Of a stretch of DNA of 64,000 bases, positions 54,042 through 63,981 are shown in pieces. Both the position numbers and the translations under genes were made by a program. The notes beneath the pieces were generated by a model. That model ran no database searches, was not told the DNA's origin, and saw only the letters and a program-made list of their open reading frames with translations. Source of the DNA: an uncultured delta proteobacterium (GTDB lineage Bacteria > Myxococcota_A > Bradymonadia > Bradymonadales > Bradymonadaceae); NCBI GenBank assembly GCA_963697525.1, contig OY969087.1:735236-799235 (forward strand). The letters are read 5' to 3'. Each line of letters begins with the position of its first letter. Positions within the stretch are counted from its first letter, which is position 1.

Positions 54042-55439
54042 ATGCATCCCGGCTTGCGCGCGCTGTTGGTCATGTCGCTGCTCGTGCCCGTCGCCACGAC
54101 GGGTTGCCAGCACCGCAAGAAACCCATCGAGGAGGCCAAGACCCACAAGGGGAAACACCTCTCGGAGGCTGCGCGCGAGGCGTGGGACATCCACGTGGAC
54201 ATCGGCGAGGGCATCGACCCCCAGAAAAAGCAGATCACCCTGGGCGTGCTCACCGACAAGCGCGGGCCAGCCAAGCGCATCGGCCAGCGGCTGACGCTGG
54301 GGCCGACGATCGTGGCGCGCATGACCAAACAAGGAAAGCTGCTGCCGCGCGGCTGGAAGCTGCACCTGAAGGTCGAGGGCATGGACTACGACCCGGTCAA
54401 GGCGGATAAGAAGTACGAGGAGATGCACGACGACGTGCTGTTCTTCGCCAATATTCTGGGCTCGTCGGTCATCATGCACCTGCTGCCGAAGCTTCGCCGG
54501 GACAAGATCTTGGCGTTTCCGGGCTCGCAACTGTCCGATCTGGTCGAACACCCGTACACGCCCCGGATCGGCCCGTCGTACAAGCTCGAGGCCGAGCGCG
54601 GCTTCGACTGGGCGATCCGCCACGCCCACAAGCAGAAGCGGCCGTTCAAGCCGGCGATCGTGTGGCAATTCGACGACTACGGCAACGACGCCAAGGAGGG
54701 CTGGAAGCAATCGGCCACGCTATACGGCGTCGACGACGTCGCCGAGCCCCACGCCATGGCCGGCCAACTCACCGCCGACGACATCGTCGACAAGCTGGAG
54801 AAGGCCGACGCCACCTACGTGATGCTGGCCGTGCTGCCGGAGACCACCGCCGCCATCATGCAAGAGGCCGCCAACCGCGACTACCACCCCATCTGGCTGG
54901 GCAACACCCCGAGCTGGGACGACGTGTTCTTTCGCCGGCAGGGCACGCTGCGCGAGACCGGGCTGTACCCGGATAGCGACGTCGCCCCCACCGAGGTGAT
55001 CAACGAGCTGTTCAACAACTACTACTGGGTGACCGGCTTTCCCTACTGGGGCGAGGACGTGCCCGGCATGAAGAAGTTCGAGCAGGCCTTTCACGCCTAC
55101 CTAACCAAGCGGGTCCACCGCGATTTCTATGTCCTGCTCGGCTATATCCAGGGGTTGTTGGAGGCCAAGATCATCTCGCAGGCCATCGAGCAGCAGGGCG
55201 CGCTGACCCGCGACGCGATCATGGAGTCGCTGCACAATATCAGGGGGTGGGACGCCGGCGGGATGCTGCCGGCCAAGGTGGACCTGTCCCAGACGCCGTA
55301 CGTCTCCTGGGCGAAGGTGCGCGTGCTCAAGCCGTTGTACAAGCAGCAGACGTGGAAGGTGGTGGGCGACTGGGCCGAGCCCGCGGTGTTCAAGGCGAGG
55401 ACGTCGGCGGGCTACAAGCCCGAGCATTTCAAACCATAG
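54042..55439 (+). CDS. ABC-transporter substrate-binding lipoprotein (type-1 periplasmic-binding-fold, LivK-like; tentative)
   Basis: Lipobox VATTGC. Alternating beta-alpha pattern characteristic of branched-chain amino-acid-binding family proteins. 465 aa. Confidence 0.5.
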   Translation: MHPGLRALLVMSLLVPVATTGCQHRKKPIEEAKTHKGKHLSEAAREAWDIHVDIGEGIDPQKKQITLGVLTDKRGPAKRIGQRLTLGPTIVARMTKQGKLLPRGWKLHLKVEGMDYDPVKADKKYEEMHDDVLFFANILGSSVIMHLLPKLRRDKILAFPGSQLSDLVEHPYTPRIGPSYKLEAERGFDWAIRHAHKQKRPFKPAIVWQFDDYGNDAKEGWKQSATLYGVDDVAEPHAMAGQLTADDIVDKLEKADATYVMLAVLPETTAAIMQEAANRDYHPIWLGNTPSWDDVFFRRQGTLRETGLYPDSDVAPTEVINELFNNYYWVTGFPYWGEDVPGMKKFEQAFHAYLTKRVHRDFYVLLGYIQGLLEAKIISQAIEQQGALTRDAIMESLHNIRGWDAGGMLPAKVDLSQTPYVSWAKVRVLKPLYKQQTWKVVGDWAEPAVFKARTSAGYKPEHFKP

Positions 55440-55523
55440 GAGCACCCCGAGCGGCCGCCCTCGCACCGATGATGACGACGAGCGCTGGAAACACTCGCAC
55501 CGGAGAATGCGAGTCCGGGATAG

Positions 55524-56534
55524 TTACAAGAACCTGCGGCTGCCGGCCACGCCGTCGCTGGCGAGGTCCTCGGCAAATTGGTACTCCGGGTCGAGCAGCC
55601 CGTTGATGCGGTCCATGACCACGTCGACGTAGCCCTGGAATTTGTCGCGGTGCTTCTTTTCGGCCTCGGCGGTGAACGGCTCGAAGTGCTCGTCGATGTG
55701 GTAGTCGCTCATCTCCTCGTAGGTCAGCGGTTCGCCGATGCGGTAGACGATGTGGCCGGGGCGGCCCACCGGGGAGTTGCCCGGGTAAACATGGTCGGAG
55801 CCGTTGCAGCCGACGGGCACCACTGTCTTTTTCATGTGCAGCGCCATCTGCGACAGCCCGATGCGCCCGCGCGACAGGCGAATCGAGCGGGTGCCCTGGG
55901 GGAAGACCAGCAGGTCGAGGCCCTTGTCGAACGCCTCCTGGTTGAGCGCGACGAAGCGGCGCATCATCGCGCCGAACAGCCCGTTGATGTAGTCGGTGTA
56001 GTGCTCGCGGCCCGGGAAGAACTGGCGGCCGAGCACGTTGCGGGGCCGCTCCAAGACGGGCGCGGGCACCAACTCGGCGGGGTCGACCATGTCCTCGGGG
56101 GCGTCTTTGACGCCGGCGGCGACGTCGACCGCCGTGCGCAGCACGCGGTACTCCTCGCCGGTGGGTGGCCGCTCGCACACCGCCTTGAAGTCGCGCGCGA
56201 TCAGGTAGCCGCGCGAGACGGTGGGGATGTTGTTGGTCATCTCCATGAACTTGCCCAACCACTCATTCTCGTAATACTTGCCCTTGACCCAGGTGGACGT
56301 AAACCGGTCGAATTGGCGCCACAGCTTGTACTGGAACGGCCAGTAATTGTAGCGATCGGTGTGGTTCATCGCGTAGATGACCGGCTCGTCGGGCACCTTG
56401 TCGAAGCCGACGATGTCGATCTTGACGCGCGGCGGCAGGTCGAAGTTGGGCATCAGCAGCGCCCCGGCGACGGCGATCTGGCCGTAGGGGACTGCGGAGA
56501 GACGAATGCGTTCGAGGCGGTTGAGATCGAGCAT
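55524..56534 (-). CDS. Lysophospholipid acyltransferase (PlsC/LPLAT superfamily)
   Basis: Motif I-like NHTDRYN and motif III VFPQGTRS. Start at the internal MLDLNRL. Divergent from cls. Confidence 0.6.
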   Translation of the reverse strand: MLDLNRLERIRLSAVPYGQIAVAGALLMPNFDLPPRVKIDIVGFDKVPDEPVIYAMNHTDRYNYWPFQYKLWRQFDRFTSTWVKGKYYENEWLGKFMEMTNNIPTVSRGYLIARDFKAVCERPPTGEEYRVLRTAVDVAAGVKDAPEDMVDPAELVPAPVLERPRNVLGRQFFPGREHYTDYINGLFGAMMRRFVALNQEAFDKGLDLLVFPQGTRSIRLSRGRIGLSQMALHMKKTVVPVGCNGSDHVYPGNSPVGRPGHIVYRIGEPLTYEEMSDYHIDEHFEPFTAEAEKKHRDKFQGYVDVVMDRINGLLDPEYQFAEDLASDGVAGSRRFL

Positions 56535-56710
56535 GGGTCTTTGGCGCCTGCGGCGCAGGGTTTGAGTCTTGGCGCCTGGCGGCGCGGGTCTTGGAGCGGA
56601 GGCTCGGAGCTTGAGTCTTACGCAAAACCAAGAACCAATTACCAAGAACAAAAGCGAGTGTCGACCAAGCTGCATCACGCCATATTGCGCACGAGCAGGC
56701 AAGGATCACT

Positions 56711-58177
56711 GTGTTGGATTTGATCGCGTATTATACTCCCGAGATCGTCAGCGTCCTGGCGACGCTGTCGGCGGTGCTGACCACGGTGCATATCGTGCTG
56801 CACAAGCAGGAGACCCGCTCGGCGATCGGCTGGATCGGATTGAGCTGGCTGGTGCCCCTCGTGGGCAGCGCGCTGTACTTGCTGCTGGGGGTCAACCGCA
56901 TCCAGCGCCGCGCGGAGTCGCTGCGCGCCGACCTGCAGCGCTACGAGGTCAGCCGCGACCAGCCCGGCCGCGGCGTCCAGGTCGTCGGCGGCGAGGGCAT
57001 CGAGGAGCACCTGCCCGCCACGGCGGCCCACCTGGGCCCGCTGGTGAGGGTCGTCGACCGGGTGGTCCACCGCTCGCTGGTCGCCGGCAACGCCATCGAG
57101 CCGCTGTTCAACGGCGAGGAGGCCTACCCGGCGATGCTCGAGGCCATCGAGGCCGCCCAGGTGTCGATCTCGCTGGCGACCTACATCTTCGACAACGACA
57201 AGTGGGGTCGAAAATTCGCCGACGCGCTCGCCGACGCCGTCGAGCGCGGCGTCGAGGTGCGCGTGCTCATCGACGCGGCCGGGCTGCGCTACTCGTTTCC
57301 GTCGATCTTGCACCGCCTCAAGCGCGGCAAGGTGCGCGTGGCGCGCTTCTTGCCGTCGATCTGGCCGCCGCATCTGATGAGCGCCAACCTGCGCAACCAC
57401 CGCAAGATCATGGTGGTCGACGGCACCCTCGGCTTTACCGGGGGAATGAATATCCGCACCGCCCACGTCATCGCCGAGGACAGCAAGATGCCCACGCGCG
57501 ACCTGCAATTTCGGGTGCGCGGGCCGGTAGTCGCCCAACTGCAGGAAGTGTTCGTCGACGACTGGACCTTCGCCACCAAGGAGAAGCTTCGCGGCGAGGC
57601 CTGGTTCCCCGAGCTCGAACGCGCCGGCGACCTGTACGCGCGCAGCATCGTGGACGCGCCCGACGAGAACGTCGAGAAGCTGCCGTGGACGCTGCTGGGG
57701 GCGATCTCGTGCGCCCAGACCAGCATCCGCATCGTCACGCCGTATTTTTTGCCCGACGAGTCCATCGTGGACGCGCTCAACGTCGCCGCCATGCGCGGGG
57801 TGAGCGTGGACATCATCATGCCCCAGAAGAACAACCTGCCCTACGTGCAGTGGGCGAGCTTCGGCCAGCTACGCCCGCTTCTGGTCCACGGGTGCAACGT
57901 GTGGCTGACCCCGCCGCCCTTCGAGCACAGCAAGCTGGCGGTCGTCGACCGGTTCTGGACGCTGTTCGGCTCGTCGAATTGGGACCCGCGCAGCCATCGG
58001 CTCAACTTCGAGTTCGACGTCGAGTGCTACGACGCCGACTTCGCCGGCCGCCTCGACGACTGGGCCGCCCACAAGCTCGACGACGCCCACCGCATCACCC
58101 TGGAGGAGTACGACGGGCGGGGCACGGCGCGCAAATTGCGCGACGGGACGTTTCGATTGTTTGCGCCGTATTTGTAA
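56711..58177 (+). CDS. cls: Cardiolipin synthase
   Basis: Two N-terminal TM helices and two PLD HKD motifs (HRKIMVVDG ... and HSKLAVVD ...). 488 aa. Confidence 0.9.
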   Translation: MLDLIAYYTPEIVSVLATLSAVLTTVHIVLHKQETRSAIGWIGLSWLVPLVGSALYLLLGVNRIQRRAESLRADLQRYEVSRDQPGRGVQVVGGEGIEEHLPATAAHLGPLVRVVDRVVHRSLVAGNAIEPLFNGEEAYPAMLEAIEAAQVSISLATYIFDNDKWGRKFADALADAVERGVEVRVLIDAAGLRYSFPSILHRLKRGKVRVARFLPSIWPPHLMSANLRNHRKIMVVDGTLGFTGGMNIRTAHVIAEDSKMPTRDLQFRVRGPVVAQLQEVFVDDWTFATKEKLRGEAWFPELERAGDLYARSIVDAPDENVEKLPWTLLGAISCAQTSIRIVTPYFLPDESIVDALNVAAMRGVSVDIIMPQKNNLPYVQWASFGQLRPLLVHGCNVWLTPPPFEHSKLAVVDRFWTLFGSSNWDPRSHRLNFEFDVECYDADFAGRLDDWAAHKLDDAHRITLEEYDGRGTARKLRDGTFRLFAPYL

Positions 58178-58290
58178 AAAGCGTCTTCTCATCCAACGCA
58201 CGCCCTGCAGAACGCGACGCCGGCTGCTTCTCCAGGGACTGTGGTTAGCTTTCGTGGTGAAAGTGCGACCCAACCCAAGGAGCCCACGCC

Positions 58291-58770
58291 ATGGAACTAC
58301 ACGACATTCGCGAGATGGCCGCCCACGAACTCAAGCGCATGTACAGCGCCCACCAGCAGTTGGTCGAGTACTTGCCGCGCATGCGCCAGATGGCCAGCCT
58401 GCCGTTTTTGGCAGAGTGCTTCCAGGACGAGATGGACGACGCCGACGGCCAGTCGGAGCGCTTCCCGCACCTGTTCAACCAGCTGGGGATCGACCCCGGC
58501 TCCATCGACGACGCCACCATGCGCGGCATCCTCGCCGAGCTCGACGACCTCGAGGTCGACAAGTCCTCGCCGCCGGTCGTCGACGCCAAGCTCATCGACG
58601 TGGGCAGAAAGGCCAACCTGTACCTGGAGGCGAGCTACGGCACGCTGAGCGACATCGCCGAGCAGATGCGGCTGCGCCGCTTCGGCGAGCTGCTGCACGA
58701 CCGGCTGCACGAGACCGACCGCGCCGCCGAGAAGCTGCTCAACGCGGTGCCCGACGTGGTGTACGTGTAG
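58291..58770 (+). CDS. DUF892 (YciE/YciF-like ferritin-like) protein
   Basis: LHDIREMAAHELKRMYSAHQQLVEYLPRM resembles the DUF892 N-terminal helix signature. 159 aa. Confidence 0.55.
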   Translation: MELHDIREMAAHELKRMYSAHQQLVEYLPRMRQMASLPFLAECFQDEMDDADGQSERFPHLFNQLGIDPGSIDDATMRGILAELDDLEVDKSSPPVVDAKLIDVGRKANLYLEASYGTLSDIAEQMRLRRFGELLHDRLHETDRAAEKLLNAVPDVVYV

Positions 58771-58865
58771 GGACGTCGCGGCGATTGGATGTGCGCGCAT
58801 CTTGCCAGCGGCCCGGCGTGTTGCTAATAATGCGTCGACTTTAGGCATCATCCCCGCCGGGCTCC

Positions 58866-59309
58866 ATGTTCTCGTTTCGTCATACAGCGCATTCGCATTT
58901 GACCAAGGCGGTCGCCGTCTTGGTGTCCCTGCTGCTGTTTCAGGCGTTGGGCGCGGCCATCGTGCACGTGACGTTGGTCCAGCACGTCTGGTGCGAGAAC
59001 CACCACGTCTTCGAACACGCCGACACCACCGACGCCGGCGTCCACGACGACGGCCGGGCGCACGTGGTCGACATGCAGAAGCATCCGCCCACGCGCAAGG
59101 ATGGTTCCTCGGGCAAGACCTGCCACTTTCTGACCTGGCTGCACGGCCCGACGGTGACGATGCCGCGGGTGCATATCAGCCTGCTCAATCTTCCGCCTCC
59201 GGCGGAACCCGACGCCGCTCGCCCCCTGAGCGCGTGTGATGACGACCTCTCCCCCATCGCGATCTTGCGATTGTCTCCGGGTCACTCTCCTCCCGTGACC
59301 CTGGCCTGA
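58866..59309 (+). CDS. Hypothetical His-rich secreted protein
   Basis: Signal-peptide-like N-terminus; 14 His including HVWCENHHVFEH. Lies upstream of the zinc-uptake locus. Confidence 0.3.
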   Translation: MFSFRHTAHSHLTKAVAVLVSLLLFQALGAAIVHVTLVQHVWCENHHVFEHADTTDAGVHDDGRAHVVDMQKHPPTRKDGSSGKTCHFLTWLHGPTVTMPRVHISLLNLPPPAEPDAARPLSACDDDLSPIAILRLSPGHSPPVTLA

Positions 59310-59524
59310 GTACGTCTTGACAGCTTGTTTTTAGTTAGGACGCCTCGGCGGCCGTGTGCCCGTACAATTTGAGGGAAAGACGACGGCGCGAAGACCGTCG
59401 CTCCAATTCCGGCAGCAATGCCATTGGAGCGACGCCGGCCCTGGTGTCGACTCCCTACCCTCACCTACCGGCACTGCGCGCCCCGACGGCCCAGTAAAGC
59501 GCCGCATCGCGGCCCCTTGGATTT

Positions 59525-60910
59525 ATGAAAAAACGCAGTGTGATCACGCTCGCCCTCACGGGTGTGCTGTGCCTTGTTTCGCAGACGCAATCCTTCGCCC
59601 AACAACCCCAACCGGCCGACCAGAAGGCCGATCAGAAAACCGAACCCCAGAAACCCTCCGACGTCGACGTCAGCAACGAGCTCGAGCAGCTCGAGGCGGA
59701 AGTCGGCGCAAAGAGCGGCGACAAGAGCGCCCCGTCGACCGCCAGCCAGGTCGCCCAGAGCGTGGGGGCAGCGGTGCAGTCGATGAACCCGGATATCTCG
59801 TTCATTTTGGACCTGGCGGCGGCCTATTTCTCGGACACGCCCGCCCCGCTGGGGGGACCCAACCCCAGCGTCAACGGGTTCAACCTGCAGGGGTTGGAGA
59901 TGGCGGTGTACGCCGACGTCGACCCCTACTTCCGGTTCGCCAGCGCCATCGTGCTGCACCAGGATGGCGTGGAGGTCGAGGAGGCATTCGGCTCGACGCT
60001 GGCGCTTCCCTACCAGCTCGGCGTGCGCTTCGGGCAATACAAGACCTTTTTCGGCCGACAAAACGCCAGCCATCTGCATACCTGGGCCTTCGTGGACGAG
60101 CCGCTGGTCAACGCCAAGCTGCTGGGCCCGGAGAGCATGCGCGGGCTCGGCGCCGAGGTGAGCCAATTGGTGTTGTGGATGCCGGGGACGTTCCGCTGGT
60201 TCGCCTCCTACCAGAACATCACCGGCAGGGGCAGCTCGCCGGCGTTCGTGCCCGACGGAGGGGTCCAAAACTGGGGCGATCTGGTCGCCTCCGGGCGCAT
60301 CGAGGACTTCTTCGACCTGTCCGAGAACTGGGACTTGCTGCTGGGGGCGAGCTACGCCAACGGCCCCGATCAGTGGGGCACGGGCGTGGTCAACCCGGAC
60401 ACCGGCGAGCTGACGACGCACGTCGGCTCCGGCGACCGCTCCCAGATCGTCGGCATCGACACGTTTTTGAAGTGGCGCTCGCTGTCCAGCGGCGGGCGCA
60501 GCCAGCTCGGCTGGCAGACCGAGGCGATGCTTCGGCGTCGCCAGGTACCCGGCGGCACTCTGGAAGACTACGGGCTGTATAGCTGGCTCGAGTTTAGCCC
60601 CAATCGCTACTGGAGCACGGCGGTGCGCTACGACTACGTGTCGGGCATCGACCCCAGCACCGACGGCGGCGCGCTGTTCGGCAACGCCAACCAGGCTGGC
60701 CTCATCGATCCCCTCCACCCGCAGTGGACCAAAGCCCGCCAGCGCGGCTCGGTCGACGTGAGCTGGTTCCCCAGCCATTTCTCGAAGCTAAGACTGCAAT
60801 ACAACCTCGACTACATGCCCTGGCGCACGGGTTCGGCGGACAAGATCGTCCATACGGTCATGCTGCAAGCCGAGCTCGTCACCGGCGCCCACGGCGCCCA
60901 CGCCTATTGA
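59525..60910 (+). CDS. Outer-membrane beta-barrel (porin-like) protein
   Basis: Signal peptide ending SFAQQ, alternating amphipathic beta-strands, C-terminal aromatic residues. Immediately upstream of znuA. Confidence 0.5.
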   Translation: MKKRSVITLALTGVLCLVSQTQSFAQQPQPADQKADQKTEPQKPSDVDVSNELEQLEAEVGAKSGDKSAPSTASQVAQSVGAAVQSMNPDISFILDLAAAYFSDTPAPLGGPNPSVNGFNLQGLEMAVYADVDPYFRFASAIVLHQDGVEVEEAFGSTLALPYQLGVRFGQYKTFFGRQNASHLHTWAFVDEPLVNAKLLGPESMRGLGAEVSQLVLWMPGTFRWFASYQNITGRGSSPAFVPDGGVQNWGDLVASGRIEDFFDLSENWDLLLGASYANGPDQWGTGVVNPDTGELTTHVGSGDRSQIVGIDTFLKWRSLSSGGRSQLGWQTEAMLRRRQVPGGTLEDYGLYSWLEFSPNRYWSTAVRYDYVSGIDPSTDGGALFGNANQAGLIDPLHPQWTKARQRGSVDVSWFPSHFSKLRLQYNLDYMPWRTGSADKIVHTVMLQAELVTGAHGAHAY

Positions 60911-60953
60911 ACCCATGAATGAATCAACGTCACTCGATCGCACGGATAAGACC

Positions 60954-61880
60954 ATGCAACGATTTAAGAAATTAGCGCTGAGCCTCATCGCCCTGACCAC
61001 GTTTCTCATCCCCCAGGTGGCCTCGGCCAAGGTCAAGGTCGTGGCCACCCTGGGCGACCTGGCGGCCACGGCCCGCGCCGTCGGCGGCAAGGACGCCGAC
61101 GTGGTCCTTCTGGCCAGTCCCCACCAGGACCCGCACTTTGTCAAAGCCAAGCCCAGCTTCATCCGCAAGGTCGCCGAGGCCGACCTGCTGGTGCTCGACG
61201 GCATGCAACTCGAGATCGGCTGGCTTCCGACGCTGACGCGCAATTCTCACAACGGAAAGATCCAACGCGGGGAGGACGGCTACTTCGACGCCTCCGAATA
61301 CGTCCATCGCATGGAGGTGCCCAAGACCAAGATCAGCCGCGCCCAGGGCGACATCCACGCGATGGGAAACCCGCATTACACCTACGACCCTCGCCAGATG
61401 GCCCGCGTGGGCCTGGCGCTCGGCCAGCGCCTCGCCAAGATCGATCCCTCCCACGCCGCCGCCTACAAAAAGCGCGCCCATGACTTCGCCAAACAGGAGC
61501 TGCAGACCGCCAAGTTCTGGAAGCAGAAGTTTAGCGAACTGCCCGCCAAGTGCCGCAAGGTGGTGGTGTACCACGAGGCCTGGATCTACGTGACCGACTG
61601 GCTGGGACTGAACATGGTCATGCCCGTCGAGCCCAAGCCGGGCGTTCCGCCCAACCCCAGGCACGTGGCCAAGCTGTTCCAGACCATGAAGGAAGAGCAC
61701 GTGCCCGTGATCATCCAGATGGAATATTACCCCGACAGCAATACCGACATGCTCGCCAAGCGCACCGGCGCCTACCAGATGCACGTGCAGGGCCAGGCGC
61801 GCCCCATCGAGACCTACCAGGCCCGCATCAACAAGATGGTCGGCGAGCTGTACGGCGCGATCAAATCGAGGTGTCAGTGA
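60954..61880 (+). CDS. znuA: Zinc/manganese ABC-transporter substrate-binding protein (ZnuA/TroA family)
   Basis: Signal peptide. LASPHQDPHF, DIHAMGNPHYTYDP and VYHEAWIYV are TroA-family metal-ligand regions. Confidence 0.8.
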   Translation: MQRFKKLALSLIALTTFLIPQVASAKVKVVATLGDLAATARAVGGKDADVVLLASPHQDPHFVKAKPSFIRKVAEADLLVLDGMQLEIGWLPTLTRNSHNGKIQRGEDGYFDASEYVHRMEVPKTKISRAQGDIHAMGNPHYTYDPRQMARVGLALGQRLAKIDPSHAAAYKKRAHDFAKQELQTAKFWKQKFSELPAKCRKVVVYHEAWIYVTDWLGLNMVMPVEPKPGVPPNPRHVAKLFQTMKEEHVPVIIQMEYYPDSNTDMLAKRTGAYQMHVQGQARPIETYQARINKMVGELYGAIKSRCQ

Positions 61881-62524
61881 TGGGAATCTTGACGATGAAC
61901 CAATTGGAGGTGGGCTACGACATGACCCTGTTGGGCCCACTGGATCTGGAGATCGACGAGGGCGTCTTCTTGCTCATCGAGGGGCCCAACGGCATCGGCA
62001 AGTCGACGCTTCTCAAGACGCTCATCGGGCTTAGAAGCCCCCGGCGAGGCGCGTACGACTGGAAGGTGCCCCCCGGAAAGCTTCGCTTCGTGCCCCAGAC
62101 GCGCACGCTGGACGTGTTGCTGCCGGCGACGGTCACCGATGTGCTGGAGACCGGCTTCCAGCGCGGCCGCGGCTGGCAGGCGCTTCGAAGCTCGCACTCC
62201 ACCGAGGAGATCGAGCGAGCGCTCGATCTGGTGGGCATGGGCGGCTACCACTCGCACCTCTTCCGCGAGATGTCCGAGGGCCAAAAGCAGTTGGTGCTCT
62301 TGGCTCGAGCGCTCCTGGGCGACCCGGCGGTCATCCTGCTCGACGAGCCGTCGGCGTCGATGGACCCCGAGCGCGAGCAGATGGCCGTCGACATTTTGAC
62401 CCGCGAGCGCGACGAACACGGGCGCACGATCTTCATGATCGCCCACGGCAGCCAGGCCTCCCAGGAGGCCGCCGACTGCGTGCTGCGCATCGACCGCGAC
62501 CGGCGCGTCACCTTGGAAAACTAA
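61880..62524 (+). CDS. znuC: Metal ABC-transporter ATP-binding protein
   Basis: Walker A GPNGIGKST, signature MSEGQKQ, Walker B ILLDEP. Its ATG overlaps the znuA stop. Confidence 0.85.
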   Translation: MGILTMNQLEVGYDMTLLGPLDLEIDEGVFLLIEGPNGIGKSTLLKTLIGLRSPRRGAYDWKVPPGKLRFVPQTRTLDVLLPATVTDVLETGFQRGRGWQALRSSHSTEEIERALDLVGMGGYHSHLFREMSEGQKQLVLLARALLGDPAVILLDEPSASMDPEREQMAVDILTRERDEHGRTIFMIAHGSQASQEAADCVLRIDRDRRVTLEN

Positions 62525-62535
62525 CTCAGGAATTC

Positions 62536-62611
62536 ACCACAGAGGTCACAGAGGCCACAGAGGAAACGACTATTAAAGCTGTCCTCAGTGCCCTCTGTGC
62601 CCTCTGTGGTG
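62536..62611. repeat. Intra-operon long hairpin (about 29-bp arms) between znuC and znuB
   Basis: caccacagaggtcacagaggccacagagg (62536–62564) pairs with cctcagtgccctctgtgccctctgtggtg (62583–62611). Confidence 0.75.
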
Positions 62612-62634
62612 AAATAGGACCTACGGAATCACCT

Positions 62635-63486
62635 ATGTGGGACGCATTGATTGTCAACTGGGAGCTGTACCGAGATCCCATACTGTGCGCGGTCGCCGCC
62701 GGCGCGGTGCTGGGCATGCTGGGCGTGTACGTGGTGGCGAGGCGCATCGTATTTGTCAGCGCCGCGCTCAGCCAGGTCTCCGCGCTGGGCATTGTCCTCG
62801 GCTTTTTTCTGAGCGCCACCTTCGCCCTGACCGGCGTGGTCGCCGGCATCTTGCCGGTGGGCCTGGCGCTGGTGCTTGCCCTGGTGGTCGTGTTCGCGCT
62901 GACGTGGATGGGCGACCGGCCCAGCCTGGGGCGCGACGCCATCCTGGGCGTGGCGTTTATCGTGCCCACCGCGCTGGTGCTGGTGGTCGGCCCCATGATC
63001 CCCCAGGAGCTGCACGTCGTCGAGCAGTTGTTGCATGGCTCGGCGGTCATGGTGCGCCAGTCGGATCTATACGCGGTGACCATCGTGGGCGCCGTGGTGG
63101 TGCTCATCCAAGTGGTGGCCTTGCGCGGGTTTATCTTCGCCAGCCTCGATCCCCTGGTCGCTCGCACCCAGGGCGTGCCCGTGCGCACGCTCGACCTGGT
63201 GTTGTTTAGCTCCATCGCCATCATGACCGGCCTGGTCACCCGCGCGCTGGGGGCGCTTCCGACCTTCGGGCTGACGGTGCTGCCGGCCATTGGCGTGCTC
63301 GGCCTGAAGATCGGGCTGCGCAACGTGTTCATCCTGGCCGCCATCATCGGCGCGGTCTCCGGCGGCGGCGGGTATCTGGTCGCCTATATGATGGACTGGT
63401 CGGTGGGCGCATCGCAGACACTGGTGGCCACCGGATTTGCCATCGGCATCCGCCTGGCGATCATGGCGGGCCGGCAGATGCGGTAG
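62635..63486 (+). CDS. znuB: Metal ABC-transporter permease
   Basis: 8-TM ABC-3 family permease pattern. 283 aa. Confidence 0.85.
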   Translation: MWDALIVNWELYRDPILCAVAAGAVLGMLGVYVVARRIVFVSAALSQVSALGIVLGFFLSATFALTGVVAGILPVGLALVLALVVVFALTWMGDRPSLGRDAILGVAFIVPTALVLVVGPMIPQELHVVEQLLHGSAVMVRQSDLYAVTIVGAVVVLIQVVALRGFIFASLDPLVARTQGVPVRTLDLVLFSSIAIMTGLVTRALGALPTFGLTVLPAIGVLGLKIGLRNVFILAAIIGAVSGGGGYLVAYMMDWSVGASQTLVATGFAIGIRLAIMAGRQMR

Positions 63487-63496
63487 CCACGGGGAA

Positions 63497-63735
63497 CTGC
63501 AAAAGCGAACTGCTTTTTTCACCGCAAAGGCGCAGAGGCGCAAAGTAAGACAGACATTTTATTTTCCCCCCTTTGCGTCTTCGCGCCTTTGCGGTCAATA
63601 CGCTGTTCGCTGTACGACAACTGCGAACTGCTTTTTTCACCGCAAAGGCGCAGAGGCGCAAAGAACTGCCCCTATTTTGTTTTTTCTTTGCGTCTTCGCG
63701 CCTTTGCGGTGAATACGCTGTTCGCCTTTCGCTGT
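63497..63735. repeat. Tandem duplication (2 x about 118 bp), each unit containing a 26-bp-stem hairpin caccgcaaaggcgcagaggcgcaaag / ctttgcg(t)cttcgcgcctttgcggtg
   Basis: Direct reading. Lies between convergent genes and is likely a bidirectional terminator or REP-like element. Confidence 0.8.
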
Positions 63736-63981
63736 TTAGAGCAAGGCGAGGCCCACGAAAAATGAAAAGCCGTTCGCCGCGACAGACATCACCGTCGCGA
63801 GCGTCCAGCGCGTGGGCAGGCCCTTGGCGTACACGACCGCCTCGATGAGGGTCACGCCGGTCTCGATGAGCGCCGCGCGTGGCCAGAACGGCCACATATT
63901 CTGGGTGTGGATCGCCAGGTACCAGGCGAAGGGGTGGGTGATCAGGGAAGCGGCGACGCTGACCGCGGCGGTGCGCCACAT
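63736..63981 (-). CDS. Membrane protein, C-terminal part (the gene may continue beyond the window end)
   Basis: ORF 63736..63981 is hydrophobic (VTLIEAVVYAKGL ... MSVAANGFSFFVGLALL). Only 81 aa are visible. Confidence 0.3.
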   Translation of the reverse strand: MWRTAAVSVAASLITHPFAWYLAIHTQNMWPFWPRAALIETGVTLIEAVVYAKGLPTRWTLATVMSVAANGFSFFVGLALL

